Positions 25,514-40,696 of a stretch of DNA of 64,000 bases are shown piece after piece. Under the pieces are notes generated by a model that saw only the letters and a program-made list of their open reading frames with translations, was not told where the DNA came from and did not search any database. How positions within the stretch are numbered: position 1 is the first letter of the stretch; every line of letters starts with the position of its first letter. This DNA comes from Octopus sinensis. Its lineage: Eukaryota. The stretch lies in assembly GCF_006345805.1 (NCBI RefSeq), contig NC_043007.1, positions 45,632,001 to 45,696,000 of the forward strand, in the 5' to 3' direction. Both the position numbers and the translations under genes were made by a program.

Positions 25514-26225
25514 AGGCGTAGACATGGCTATGTTGTTAAGAAACTCGGTTTGCAATCATGTTGTTTCGGGTTCAATGTCACCGAGCTGAACCTTGAGTGA
25601 TAATCTTCTACTATATGCCTAAGTATCGAGGACGCCAGAGCTTGTTGTTAGGGCGTTGTTCCTTTAATTGCGAGAACGATGTCTCACTTTTAGCACAGTG
25701 TGGTGCGTGGTGTCCCTCAGAAAACACTTCGTTTTACTTTGAGATCAATTCAACACCTGACTTGTGGTACATATCGCGCCTGGCCGGGTAATGTCGATTT
25801 GATGGAAAGTGTGAGCTAACGTACAGAGTGTGAGCTAACTATAAAGAAATCATTTGTGCTAGTTTGTTCAGTAGCAAATTGCAGAGACCTCTGTTTCGGG
25901 CTACCAGAGATTACCACTCTACCCACGAGTCGATCTTTGCTCTGGAGGTGAAATTGATTGCCGGAAACTGGGAGAAGCATGTCGTATATTGTGTGTGCGT
26001 TCACGTTGGTGTGTGTTTTATGAGTGTGTGTTTGTTCCCGGTCCGCTTAACACGTGGTGTTGATTTGTTTACGTTACCATAACTTAAAGTATCGACAAAA
26101 GTGGGCGATGGAATAAGTTCCAGATATTTAAAAAAATCAACCCTATGATCAATTTCATCAAGGAAACCCTTTAAAGACTTTATCCCAGGAACGCCGCAGT
26201 CCAAATACTGAAACGAGTAAAAAAT
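25514..26225 (+). mobile_element. Degenerate SINE family B interrupted by another ~330-bp insert
   Basis: Head GGCGTAGACATGGCTATGTTGTTAAG..GGGTTCAA and tail ACTGAAACGAGTAAAA, with unrelated sequence at ~25650-25980. Confidence 0.5.
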
Positions 26226-26256
26226 AAAAAGATACAAACACACACACACACACACA

Positions 26257-26307
<51 letters not shown>

Positions 26308-26311
26308 CACG

Positions 26312-26352
<41 letters not shown>

Positions 26353-26378
26353 TAATAATAATATCACTGTTTTCTTAA

Positions 26379-26975
26379 GGCGGCGAGCTGGCAGAATCGT
26401 TAGCTTGCCGGGCGAAATGCTTAGCGGTATTTCGTCTGCCGCTACGTTCTGAGTTCAAATTCTTTGTCTTTCATCCTTTCGGGGTCTATAAATTAAGTAC
26501 CAGTTACGCACTGGGGTCGATGTAATCGACTTAATCCGTTTGTCTGTCCTTGTTTGTCCTCTCTGTGTTTAGCCCATGTGGGTAGTAAAGAAAGAGGTAT
26601 TTCGTCTGTCTTTACGTTCGGAGTTCAAATTCCGCTGAGTTCATCTTGGCTTTTAATCCTTTCGGGGTCGATAAATTAAGTACCAGTTACGCACTGGGGT
26701 CGCTGTAATCGACTTAATCCATTTGTCTATCCTTGTTTATCCCCTCTATATTTAGCCCCTTGTGGGCAATAAAGAAATAAGTAACTTTAGCACGCCTGGT
26801 GAAATGCTTAGCGGTATTTCGTCTGTCTTTATGTTCTGAGTTCAAATTCCGCCGAGGTCGACTTTGCTTTTCATCCTTTCCGGGTCGATAAATTAAGTAC
26901 CAGTTGCGTACTGGAAATTTTGGGAGTGGAGGCCTCCACTCCCAAAATTTCAGGCCTTGTGCCTAGAGTAGAAAG
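26379..26975 (+). mobile_element. SINE family A with internally triplicated body
   Basis: One head, then three repeats of GGTATTTCGTCTG..GAGTTCAAATT..CATCCTTTCGGGGTCGATAAATTAAGTACCAGTT. Confidence 0.85.
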
Positions 26976-27569
26976 AGATATTATGGCCATCGACAGATGT
27001 TACATTTGCTACAATTTTACATGATATATGATTATCTAAGGAGTGTTGTGCTATAAGTCATTATTACTGATGTTTTGGTTATTAAATATATATATATTTT
27101 TTTGGTGCTGTAATACTTTGAATCTCTAGTACAACTTCTGTTTCTGCTGCTGATGCTACAATTACTACTTCTACTAATACTACTGTTCTAATGAGTTATA
27201 GTAAGAGAAGCTAGAGGTGAAAGAAAAGTCACTGAGAGAGAGAGGAAGAGAGAGAGACACAGAGATGGGGGAGAGAGAAAAGACGGAAATATAGAAGAAA
27301 TATTTATTTTTCTATGTTTATTGTCCTTGGTGTTTTCATTCCAGAAGTGATTTAGATATTGAGCTAGAGTTCTTCAGTTTACACCCACACACCCACGCAC
27401 GGACACACATATACATACACACACATATATATATATTCAATATATACTCTATATAACTTTGTATGTGAAAATATCTATCTCTATATATGCATATATATGT
27501 GTGTGCGAGTATATGTGGGCGTATACACGCACATATACACATACATACATACATCCATCCATCCATGCG

Positions 27570-27725
<156 letters not shown>

Positions 27726-27805
27726 CTTACATACAGGCATACCTATATGTAAATCCAAGAAAAGCAATCTACTAATATGTACATATTTTATACTATCTGT
27801 CTATC

Positions 27806-27895
<90 letters not shown>

Positions 27896-28088
27896 ATTAC
27901 CTGTCTGTCTGTATATGCTTATGTGTGTATGTATGTATGCATGCAAACATGTATGTATGCATGCGTATGAGTGTGTTTAGGTGTACATGCTTATTAATAC
28001 AGGAATGTGTGTGAAAAAGAGCGTCAGTTATGTGTATGACTCTGCATATGTCACCTGTGATAACTCTCACAAGAGACATTGTCATTTG

Positions 28089-28128
<40 letters not shown>

Positions 28129-28451
28129 GGTGCTGCTAGTGCTGCATCTGCAGCTGCAATCAGTGCACTCTATTATGCATTGTTATAGCTTCAGTTGGAA
28201 AGATTGTTGCACCCTGCTGTCGAGAATGTGACTTGGTGTTCATCTGTTGTTCGTTGCCGAGTAACCAACGCCGGATGATGTGGTCGCTGTGGAAGCATGA
28301 CGACATAAAACGATGCGTGTATGTTGCAAGTAGCACGCGCAATATACACGTGAAGACAGACACTGCATACATACACACATAAGTACATACATACTGACAG
28401 ACATCCATAAATTCGAGTATATAAATACATACATACATATGTATAAAATGC

Positions 28452-28511
<60 letters not shown>

Positions 28512-28576
28512 CATCTATATATATATGTATATATATATAATATATATATATACAATCTATATATATATATATGTAC

Positions 28577-28630
<54 letters not shown>

Positions 28631-28678
28631 TACATACATATATGGATGTGTATATATATATATTTGTAGATATATATA

Positions 28679-28711
<33 letters not shown>

Positions 28712-28800
28712 CAAACATACATACATGCACATACGGATATGTATGTAATCTACTTATCTATATATACACATATAGACATATACATACATATATATGTATA

Positions 28801-28869
<69 letters not shown>

Positions 28870-29637
28870 ACACTTATATGTATATATATAATATTAACAG
28901 TTATGAAAGCTAATTTGAGAAAGGAAATCAAAACTGGCCCATTGAGTAAGTCCAAATCAAGAATCTTCTTCAGTCCAGGAGAGCGTATAACCATTCACAG
29001 AACATAACACATTTTCTCCTGTCTAACCCTCTCACTTTCTCTTACTCCCTCTCCCCCCTCTCTCTCCCTCATTCTCCCTCCCTCTTTATCTCACTCTCTC
29101 TTCCCCCATCCCTTTCTCCAATTAGTAGACATTACTGAAAACTATAATGTAATTTGTCCGAAGTCTGTTTCTGACAATACAAAGTATTATACAATTTTTC
29201 ATTGGCTGAATCAATAAATGGTCTGGTCTGGTTATATATCTTTTATTGTTTAGCATATATACTCTACAAGTTTTAAGTTCAAATCTCACCAAATTTTGCA
29301 TTAGAATTTTATGAATCGTGGTCGAAGCATTAGACATTAATCAATTTCTTTCTTTGATATTATCGATGATACCTTTCAACGTGGTGCAATAATCCAGTGA
29401 TTATAATGAATCAAGGAATAAAAGGCTACTCATAGACAAATAAATTATTCCAAATTAATCTCTTAATTATATATTATCGACGTTTTATTGGAGTATGTTA
29501 ATTATTCATGTCTTCCATGTAATCGGTTAGCAATAGAAGTTTGGTTCGAATAACCACAAAAATCGGTTATCATGTTCAGCATGCTCAGGTTTACAAAGGG
29601 TTTATTTATGCAGAAAAAGATAATAATCGTTTATGTG

Positions 29638-29687
<50 letters not shown>

Positions 29688-30003
29688 GTGTGTCTGATGA
29701 CTGAAACAGGTAAAGATAAAAGATATATATACACCTTTTATCTTTCACATGTTTCAGCCATTAGACTGTGCACTACCGTGAAATTTCAATCGGATTAATC
29801 GCCCTCAGGGTGTCTTTTTTAAATTGGTACTTATTATATCGGTCATTTATCTGAACCGATAAGTTATGGGGATGCAAGTGTATCAAAATCGGTTGTCAAG
29901 CCGCAATGGGTGGACAATCACAAAGACGAAGACGCGCACACATACACACACAGAGAGACGTACATACATACATACATACATATATACATACATACATACA
30001 TAT

Positions 30004-30054
<51 letters not shown>

Positions 30055-30055
<1 letters not shown>

Positions 30056-30256
30056 TACTTTATATAATTAGGGTTCAGCCCAAAAATTTGCTTAACCACA
30101 TACTAAAAGTTCGCCATGTGGTTAAGCAAATTTTTTTGCTGCAGCCTAATTATAGAAAGTAATGATTAAGTTTACCGTAAAGTTTACATGCTGAACACTG
30201 CTTGGGAAAATTATTAATTACTAATTAATTAATTAATTTTACCCTTTATTATTAAA
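30055..30256 (+). mobile_element. Fold-back element in (TA)n
   Basis: ~47-bp arms (30055-30162) plus a one-sided extension. The extension recurs inverted at ~33765-33878. Confidence 0.65.
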
Positions 30257-30289
30257 TATATATATATATATATATATACATATATGTAT

Positions 30290-30320
<31 letters not shown>

Positions 30321-30390
30321 TACATATATGTATATACATATATACATATATATATATATATGTATGTATATATGTATGTATATATATATA

Positions 30391-30460
<70 letters not shown>

Positions 30461-30480
30461 ATATTATATATATGATATAT

Positions 30481-31360
30481 TAGGTCGACAAGGTACGAAA
30501 TTTGTAGTAAGGTATATGGTAAACTTTGACGGCTGCTTATTTTGCTATTTTTGTTTAGAAATAGATAAGTCGGAAATTCGTACAGTTTTGAAATATGAAT
30601 TCTTTCCTGAAAATACAGCATCACAGACAGCTTGGAGACATTAACAAATTGTTTTTTCAGAATTTCGTTCTGGTAACTTGGACCTCAAAAATGAGCAATC
30701 AGAAAGAAAGTTGGATAATGACGACCAGAAACAAAGGTCGATAATGACAAATAGAAAGCCACCATCGAGTCAGATCCATCTCAAAATGCCCATGAACTAT
30801 TGTTGTTGTTTTGTGTTACCAAGCAAACAATACTGACTCACCTAGTTCTAATTGGTAAAGTGAAAAAGTTGGATAAGTGGTTTCCACATGAACTCAATGA
30901 AAATCCATTATGATTTCATTAAAACTAGCTCATCAATCACAGCCAGCTGGACCAAATGATGCAGAAACTTACAATAAACAGCCTAGATTATTCAACAGAA
31001 CCACTTCAATTTTCTTGCAAGACAATGCCAGATCACACATCGCAAAAATAACATTGGCGAAACTACAGGATTTGTTGTTGGAAGTACTCCATCATCCACC
31101 ATACTCACCTGATCTTGAATTTGGATAACTTTTTGATTTGTAAAAAATTTAATTCCGACGATGCTGTAAAACAGGCCTGTCAAGAATTCTTTACTCTAGG
31201 TTGCCAGGCTTTTACAGTTCCGGGCTGGACAAGCTACCGCTGAAATGGCACAAGTGTAGTGAAAGTATGGGTGCATGCTTTGATGAATAAACTATTCCTT
31301 GTATTTATAAAACATTAGCAAACTTCTTTCTTTTCTAACAATTTCATACTTGACGACCTA
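30481..31360 (+). mobile_element. Decayed mariner transposon
   Basis: TIRs TAGGTCGACAAGGTACGAAATT / AATTTCATACTTGACGACCTA. Remnant peptides WFPHEL, LQDNARSH, HPPYSPDL. Confidence 0.88.
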
Positions 31361-31439
31361 GTACATGTATATAATAATATTAATAATAATAACAACAACA
31401 AAAACAACTACGATAATAATAATGATGATAATAATAAAA

Positions 31440-32250
31440 AGTGACAACAAAAGAACGAGACCTCGATATTTGGTAAATACAGGATTATTTATACATGTAT
31501 AGTTTAGGACAATCCGTAAGTTGTTGTACTCAGAGAATGCATTATATATCTTGGCTCTGGCATTTGAAACTCTTGAATACTATAATGACAACTTACTCAT
31601 TGTCCTATCAGCCCTTTCACACTTATTCGTTCATTCCACTCTTTGTTATTTCGTTTCCCCTCTCTCACATTTCCCTGCCTTCTCTTCTTGCTCACTTTCC
31701 CTCCACTTTCACTTCACTGTGTCCCTGTTATTTTTTCTCGACCCTCCTTAATACTTCTGTCCCTCTGTCTCTACCTATTCCTCTTCTCTTCCCACGTGAC
31801 TGGTATTCGGCCAAGCCTGATCTTTCTTTCTTGGTACGGCTGTTGTCCGTGAAACATCGCTATTCCTCCCTGTGCCTGTGAAATCTTGTATCCCTGCCGT
31901 ATAGCTTTATTTCCACACACGCCAACTTAATTTAATTCGTCCTTAGTCGAAAGACACCTGTTGTTATGTCCTATTATTATTATTTTTATTGTATTTGTGT
32001 AACATTCTCCGTTTTTGTCTATGTTTTCGTATACATTCGCTGCTTTCTTCCAAGAATCTAATACTCTTAGATTAGGTTTTCCTTGGGCCTGGCAAGATTG
32101 GAGCAATCTCGAGTATAATCTGCCGAAATTGCGAGGATGATCTGGTACTCGACTGAGGAAAGAAAAGTCCGAATGACCCGTCCTTGTTTTCTTTGTATCG
32201 TCTATCTGGATGTTTTGTCGTCCCATTTTGTATCATCTAACTATCCGGAT
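31440..32250 (+). mobile_element. Possible Penelope-like non-coding remnant
   Basis: Inverted 20-mers TAGGACAATCCGTAAGTTGT / ACAACTTACTCATTGTCCTA near the left end. The right end resembles the reverse complement of 33480-33600. Confidence 0.35.
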
Positions 32251-32259
32251 GTATGTATA

Positions 32260-32520
32260 TGGTAGTTGTCTGCTCCTTATGCAGAGCTTGACCATCTCCT
32301 GTATCTACACCTTAGAACCATCATAGTATCTGATGTGGCGTTTTAAGCCAGACAATGTTCTGAAAAGACAGCCACATAGATTGCATATCCGATTGGGACG
32401 AGCAAGAGCTGCAGATGAATTCTGATCTTTGTGGATCTTAAAATGCGTTTTGAGGCCTCCGTTAGATTTGCAAACCTTCTGGCATGCATTGCATTCACAT
32501 GTATGCACAGACATATAGGC
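32260..32520 (-). mobile_element. Probable RTE-like LINE 3' end encoding two C2H2-type fingers
   Basis: CNACQKVCKSNGGLKTHFKIH and CNLCGCLFRTLSGLKRHIRY, then stop, short UTR and microsatellite tail. No TGEKP linker. Confidence 0.55.
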
Positions 32521-32799
32521 AGAATAGTTGGTGGAGTCTCGATTTCCATGGGTTCGTAAATGAGATTAGGGTCCAGCAAAATAAAGGTATGGTCTGTCAC
32601 AAACTGTATATGTATATACATAAAATCTACAACGGACTTCTTTCAGTTTCTGTCTACCAAATCCACTCACAAGGCTTTGATCAACCCGAGGCTATAGTAC
32701 AAGACACTTGCCTAAGTTTCCACGCAGTGGGACAGAACCCAGAACCATGTGGTTGAGAAGCAAGCTTTTTAATACACAGCAATGAATGGGCCTGAAAGT

Positions 32800-33015
32800 A
32801 AGTACTATATGTAGTAAATGAACAAAACGGAGAGAAAAAGAAAAAAATCAAATAGACGTGTGTATGTAGCACAAGTAACGTACTAATAAGACGCCCAGAG
32901 AATGGAAAGTGTAGTAGTTTTACGTTTTGAGCTTATCTCTTCTTCGGAAACAGGAAAAACAGGGAAGTCTAAGACGAAGGTGGAAAAAGATCGCCAACAA
33001 TCACGTGACCGGAAG
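32800..33015 (-). mobile_element. Relative of the 41190-41392 element with a degenerate hammerhead-like motif
   Basis: Minus strand GTTGGCGATC... and GTTT-CCGAAGA-AGAGATAAGCTC-AAAACGTA-AAAC (32917-32951). Confidence 0.55.
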
Positions 33016-33393
33016 TAGAAGGAATGAGGAGAAATTCTGTGTGTGTGTGTATGTATGTATGTATGTATGTATGTATGTATGTATGTATGTGTGTGTGTGT
33101 GTGTGTTTGTGTTTGTAAGTGTTTGTGTGTGTGTGAATTAACACCTGTGCCTCTTTGTTACTCATTTGTACTTCATTCAACCACCCTGAAATCTGCACTT
33201 CGGAAATAGTATAGAAAGTATTTCAATATAAAATACATGTCTAAATAGTCAGGAGTGGATCTCTTCACTAAGCTGGATCGTATTATCTGCATACAGTGCA
33301 AGAATATCAGGTGCTGGGACTTCTGCACCGAGTTTGATATCCACCTAACACGGTGCCTCAATTTAAGTACTTTATCTTACTGAATCTTAATTG

Positions 33394-33478
<85 letters not shown>

Positions 33479-33871
33479 TATAAAGGAAACACAAATGGAA
33501 CAAGACGTAACAGGTGACAAGAAGAAAATATTCGGATAGGAGGTGATACAAAAAGGACAGGAAAAATCAAGGAGGAGTCATTTCAATCTTCAGTCGACAG
33601 GGTGAGTAAGAATTTAAGGAGAGATTTATATTTATAGATAAAAAAAACAGTTATATAATAACAGATAATAATTTTATTTATCAAAAAATGCTGTGGGGAG
33701 AACCATTCAGTCTGCGGTGAAATAGCTAAAATTTGCCCTGTTTATAGTTATTAAATAAGTTATATATATATCAATAATAACAAAAGGTAAAATTAATTAA
33801 GAAGTAATCAAAAATTTCACCAAGTAGAATTCGGCATGAAAAAAGAGCATTTCACGGTAAACTTAAGTAAT

Positions 33872-33945
<74 letters not shown>

Positions 33946-33956
33946 ATATATATATA

Positions 33957-33989
<33 letters not shown>

Positions 33990-34012
33990 CATACATGCAT
34001 ACATACACACAC

Positions 34013-34137
<125 letters not shown>

Positions 34138-35439
34138 GGATTAACTGAATGGTTCCTGAGTACTTTTTAGTAACCACATTCTTTTACAAGGAAAAAAATT
34201 TTCGAATAATCAGCTTCTTGACCTCTTTATCAGACTGACTGATAAAGCAATCATACCCAAGATTCGAAGTCATTGTCAATCCTTTCTTTGTACAAGTTAG
34301 TACAAGCATGCATGTATGTACACACACGCAAATATACATACGTTTACAGATATTAGCATACATACATGCTCACACACATATTTTGGTAAGAAGCTTACTT
34401 CCTAATCACATGGTTCCAGTTTCAGTCCTATTACGTGGCACCTTGGGATACTGTCCTTCACTATAGCCCCGGGTCGATCAAAACTTGCCAGTGGATTTCG
34501 TAAACTGAAACTGAAACAATACACACACACACACACAGACGCGCGCACACACACACGCACACACACACATGCATACATACAAACACACACACACACACAT
34601 ACACACATATGCTTATCAATTATTTAATGATGGTTCAGCTGATATATCGTATGCTATTTCAGATATGCTATATCTAAGACTACAAAGTATTATATTGATC
34701 TATATATTCTGCTTTAAGAGACGTAAGTTTTATTTTGAAGGGCATTTTGCTCGTTATTTCTAACAAGTTGTACTACATACACGGTCACATTTTTAATCAA
34801 GGTTTGTCAGATTTGACAATTTCTAAGATTGACTAAAGCATTTGCATCTTTATTGTGTTACTATCAATATAATGGTAATTATCAGCGAAGAACGTATTGC
34901 CGCACGCAATAGTTTATTTGTTGTTAGTATATGCAAGCCTCATATCTGATACAGAATCTGTGGAGGCTGTATCATTACAACCTTAATTATGATCAGGTAA
35001 ATCATTCGAGAATAGTATCAGAGATAGAAAACAAAGATTGGAAGTAGGTTCCACCATTGAGAAATGGAGAAATGCATTGATGGAAAAATAAATGAATGAG
35101 ATTTTGCTAAGGGGAAAAAGGAATGCAAAGTTGTACTTGAACTGATCAGTCTTGGCAAAAAGATTGAAATCTAAATTCGGGAATCAATATTACATTCCCT
35201 CAACAAATGTTTTACCTACTAGACTAACAGAAAATCAAATGGGCTGAACTGAAATAGGGTCTGTAGTGTGCATGTATAAGACGGAAACTACTTGTACCAA
35301 TCATCAAGGCCAGGGTACCATGAAGTGAGCGCTACCTTATCTTACGAGGGGATGGGAAGTTTTATAAGAGTTCTGGGGACAAAGGCTATTCTAGGGAAGA
35401 AATACATTTGTCGTTTAAATGCTCTAATTTTGAAAAATA

Positions 35440-35963
35440 TTGGGTTGTCCGGAAAGTTCGTGCCGATTTTTAAAGGAAAGAAAAAGGTCAATAAATACTT
35501 GCCATTACATTTTTAATCAACCAAATATGAACCAATTTGTTGCACAATGCGTCTCCATCTTTCCTTTAACTTGAAAATACCCTCTTCCCAGAATTGAGGT
35601 GGGTTCATGGCAAATAATTCATCAAGGTATCTTTTTACGTCATCTAAGGAATTGAAATTTTTACCATTAAGACTATTCTGCAGAGACCTGAATAAGTGGA
35701 AATCCGAAGGAGCAATATCTGGTGAATATGGAGGGTGGGGTAATACATCCCAGCCGAGCTGCAGCAATTTTTGTCTGGTTCCCAAAGCATCAAGTGCCGA
35801 AAATGAACTTTCTTATCTTCCATTTTAAAGGGTTACAGAATTAACAAAGGTCATAGGAACATAAACCTTGTGGTCAAATCCTATTTCGTGGACTCGACCA
35901 TGTTCTAAAATAAGTTGAAATGTAATCTACTATAAATCGGTACGAACTTTCCGGACAACCCAA
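35440..35963 (-). mobile_element. Internally deleted mariner, young
   Basis: ~31-bp near-perfect TIRs TTGGGTTGTCCGGAAAGTTCGT, TA target duplication, and clean C-terminal frame GWDVLPHPPYSPDIAPSDFHLFRSL (35513-35785). Confidence 0.93.
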
Positions 35964-38900
35964 TATTTTCAGTTTCAATTCTGCGTGTGAATCACCTAGT
36001 AATGTTTGTGGTCGAAATAAGGCGGCGAGCCGGCAGAATCGTTATCATATCGGACAAAATATTTTGCACCATTTCTTGTGGTTTTACGTACTGACTTCAC
36101 ATTCTGCCGACGCCAACTTTGCATTTCAACTTTTGGGGGAGGATAAAATAACCACTGGGATAGATATAATTGCCCAGCTCCTCACCCTGTTAAAATGTTA
36201 GGTTTTGTGCCTAGAGTAGAAAGAACATCAGTGATCAGATTGTTGTTTTGATATCTCATGTTATATTCATAGGATCACCCGCGTGCAAATAGTCTTTTAA
36301 TGACTAACTTGTCCACAACAATTCTTTATGTGTATTTAACTCAGTGGAATCGGAGCTAAGGTTGTTGGAATAGTATTAGTAAAAATAAAAGTGGTAAGGA
36401 AAAATGACTAAAATAAAATTTCAGCAGCCCAGACCTAGTCTATTCTGGAGAAGGAACCACTGACTTTCTTTGGCAAGAAACAACAGAGTGTTTTCATCTA
36501 CGTGGTAGCTATAGTGAATGAAAACGTATTTTGCAATGAGTTGAAAGTCTTGAAAAGAGAGTTTTTTCTTTCAGACCAAGATATCATTACTTCATGAGAT
36601 ATTAGAAGATGAAGGTAAAGTTGGGAAATTTCTGGCAAATAACAAATTTTATTCAGTTTAATTACATTCTTTCCGCGTTTACATACGTGTGTTTATTGCT
36701 GTTTGTCCTTACCTCTGTGACATTTTTCTGTCTATTCAAAATGCATAAATATGTGTGTGTTGTGTGTGTGTATGCGCATATACACGCACGCATACACACA
36801 TATGTACATATAAAAATGCGTATTAATGCATGTGCATATGCGTGTGTGTGTAAGTGCGAGAGTGTATGTATGTATGCATTTTGTGTGTGTGATTTGAGTG
36901 TGTTTACTCCAGCTTCACTGCATATTTACATTTAATTCTATTTAATTCTCTTTAATCCTCTTAGAAATTCTATTTCTGAAACCCTCGAAATCTGTTGCTT
37001 TTATTGTTTTCTCTACGTGTTCGAAGGGACAGGACAAGTGTTTGCTTAAAGGACAGAGGGGAGACGGAGTACTGCTTTTAGAGTCGATTCTGTTGCTGTT
37101 GATGTTATTCTTTTGCTATATTTTTAGTTTTCTACCTTTAATCTTTATTCCAGCATTGTTACCCCAAATCTTCAACCATTTCAGCAATACTTTTACACAT
37201 TTATTAAATAACATTTATTCTTTGCAGGCATTTTCTTCTTAATTTTCTCTACCTTCCCATTCTTCAAGTATAACAACAAGCTGTCAATCTTTTTTCTGCA
37301 TCTGTCCACTTTCCTCTCTGTATTACGTGTAAATTTAAAAATAATTTTTGCTTTTTTTTGTCCCATTATAATTATTTCATTTATATGAAAACCACATTCA
37401 TCTTCAATCACCTCGAATGGCTAAACTAACATTAAAGTCACAATTACACACTACTCCTACCGCTTGAAATAGTTATCGACGAGAAATTTTTAAGTGGGGC
37501 TTAGTTGCACCCTTTAAATTTTGATTTGAAATTCTGCTGAGGCATTTGAAGTTGTGCGAAAAAGCGCCAACATAAATGACCAAATGATCTTTATCAAGGC
37601 TTCTGCGAGAATGAAAAGAAGATTTCTTTTGTTTTATTGCAGGGGATCAAACAAGAATCCTTACAAAATAATGGACGCCAGTAAGAGCAAGCTATGCTGT
37701 AGTGAAATTAAACTGGGCGACTGTTTAAATCTACCCGCTAGAAACACGACGTTGTCTTTTATGATAATGCGGTGCATAACAATAAACTACCATTCAAATA
37801 CAATCCTAGATAATCATAATATGCCTATTCGAAACATCTACCCTTCGTCATTATTTTAATTAGAATACTATCAGTCTGTTGACAATGGTCGCGTATTCAT
37901 CAAGACAGCACAATGTCGAATGTTGGATCTCTATTGTTCGACGGAGACAATTCAGTGATTTAATCAATGTTAATTACCTGCTCCTGAATTATCATGTGAC
38001 TGAGCATTCAACAAATACGTGTACCCTTAACGTACTCTCCAGGCAGAATCAGCAAGACAGTGAGAAGGACAAGGATATGTCGCTGAATTCCATGCTTTGG
38101 TGTACATTAGTTCGTCATTGGTCGCTTCTGATAGTTGATTAATTTTCCTAGATGAGAAAGTTGCTGACCCCTCACTCATAGCTTCCTTATTTCTGGAGAA
38201 ATGGACGTCGTGAATGCTCCTCTGCAACTCTTCTTGCAGTGTAATATAATCGATTTTGAAAATGAATTAGAACGAAGAATCGGTTTCAGGTCTTGGTTAG
38301 TACTTTATTTTTGGATCCCGGTAGAATAAAGATATTGAAAACTCGTCAGGTTTTGAACTCGAAGAGCAATTACCGTAAAGCTCTATATCTCACTCAGCCT
38401 TGGCATGCTACATTATATGTACATGAAATAAAAGAGAGAAAGAGGAGGATAGAAAGAGAGGAGGAAAAGGACAGGAAGTATGAAAAAGTGAAACAGAATT
38501 AAAAGCACAGTGATTTATGTGTCGGTGGAAGAAGGGGAGAGGGAGGAAACGTTAAAGACAAAAAGAAAGGCGAAGCAAAGAAACAGACATACACATACAC
38601 ATATATAGATACAAACGTAAACATGAACACACGCAAGGACAGGAAAGACACATTCATGTACGCACATACAGACGCAAACACATATAAACAAACACACACA
38701 TATCCATAAACACATAAAACCGGACACGCACACAAGTCCACAAGTACACTTAAAAAGCTGAACACATGGACGTATACACACACACACATGTATATACACA
38801 CATGCGTACACGAACAATTACAGAAGCTGGACAGACGTATATATATGCACATGAATGTACGCACGCATACATTTAGATACCTATACAAATATCAAGATAG

Positions 38901-39448
38901 ATACACACACACACACTCATATATACACATACACATTTATACAGAAAACACGGATGTACGCACGGATAGGCATAAACAAAGACACACACAGGTTCGTATG
39001 CACTGGGAACTGGAGAGTGAGACAGAAAAAAGAAAGATAGGGAGTGGTAGTAAGAAAAGAGATAGAGAAAGAGAGAAAGTGAAACTGAGAGAGCGAGAGA
39101 ATCAGAAAAGACAACACAGAGAAAGAAGGAAGGAAGAATAGAGACGGAGATGGATAATTATGGTAAAATAAGGAAGAAAAATATGTTAAACAGATAGAAT
39201 GATAGAGTAAAGTAAAACTATCCATATTTGTAGGAAGCTAATGATACTATACAGCGTTACCTAGAGTACCTTCCTCCATGTCGTCTATCTGATAGAGTTT
39301 ATAAAGAATTACAGACTGGAGCGGGCTTCGGGATACCCTTTTCTCATTCATTAAACTCAGAACGTGTGTATGTATGTATGTATGTATGTATGTATGTATG
39401 TATGCATGTATGTATGTATGTGCATGTGTGTGGTGTATGTATGTATGT

Positions 39449-40461
39449 GTGGGCCGCTCCTCTTTATAATTTACATAAATGACCTTTCCAGCGTCGTAAA
39501 TCACTGCAAAGTGAAAATAGTTGTTGATGACCCTAAGCTCCAGCAAATCATCAACGAAGAAGACCGAACTCAACTCCAGTCTGATCTATATGCTATGAGT
39601 CAATGGGCAGATAAAAACAAAATGCAACTGAACGAGGGAAAATTTGAGCTGATGCACTTTGGAAGAAAGTCTATACTAAAACAGCCATACTCTCTTCCTT
39701 CAGGGGAACTGCTCACAGCCTCTAACAATATCAGAGACCTGGGTGTAATTGTAGATAACAATCTCAGCTGGAGTGCCCACATCAACAATAAGGTCGATAT
39801 AGCTCGTAGGATGAGCTCCTGGATCTTAAGAACCTTCCGGTCCAGAGAACAAGGTGTCATCATTCCACTTTTCTCCTCCTTTGTACGGTCACACCTTGAA
39901 TACTGCTGCCCCTTGTGGTCTCCCCATACAAGACAAAACATCTCGAGGACTGAATCACCCCAGAGGGCACTCACTACACGAATTGAAGGCATGACTGATC
40001 TCGATTATTGGGACCGCCTTAAAACCTTGAAACTCTATCTCTCCAGCGCCGCCGCGAGCGGTACATTATTTATACAATGTGAAGAATATACCGCCAACAT
40101 TGCCCAAACGACCTGAGCTTTAGTTTCAAGGTTCATCCAAGGCTGGGACCATGGGCCATACGTCCCCTGCACAATTCAGGATCACAATATATAGGTACAC
40201 TGCGACGTAATTTATTTTCCTCAACAGGCCCTGCCCTGTTAAACATTGTCCCGAAAGAGATCAAAGAGGAAAATGATCCCATCACGTTTAAACGGAATCT
40301 GGACAGATTTCTTCAAGGAATACTGGATAAGCCACCCATACCTGGATGGACCATAAACAAAACTTGACTTAAACAGAATTTAGATAATCCTATCAGGTGG
40401 TGCTATTAAGTTAGACATGCCCTGGACCAATCTTTGGTGAAAACATCTAAGTTTTATCTAA

Positions 40462-40465
<4 letters not shown>
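39449..40465 (+). mobile_element. CR1-like LINE, 5'-truncated 3' fragment
   Basis: GPLLFIIYINDL, VDDPKL (degenerate ADD), LQSDL, DLGVIVD, RSHLEYCCPLWSP. Short repeated ATCTAAG tail; inserted between microsatellites. Confidence 0.88.
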
Positions 40466-40511
<46 letters not shown>

Positions 40512-40555
40512 ATAAGGCTTACTTGGAAATGGATGCGTGGCATTCTATCATATAG

Positions 40556-40696
<141 letters not shown>

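Noticed and set aside
32305-32514. Host C2H2 zinc-finger gene
   Set aside because: Only two fingers, no canonical linker, last His missing, and ends in a LINE-like tail; more likely a retroelement C-terminus.
34200-34275. Back-to-back CTGATAAAG...TTCGAA hammerhead-like motifs
   Set aside because: Core and stems too degenerate to support.
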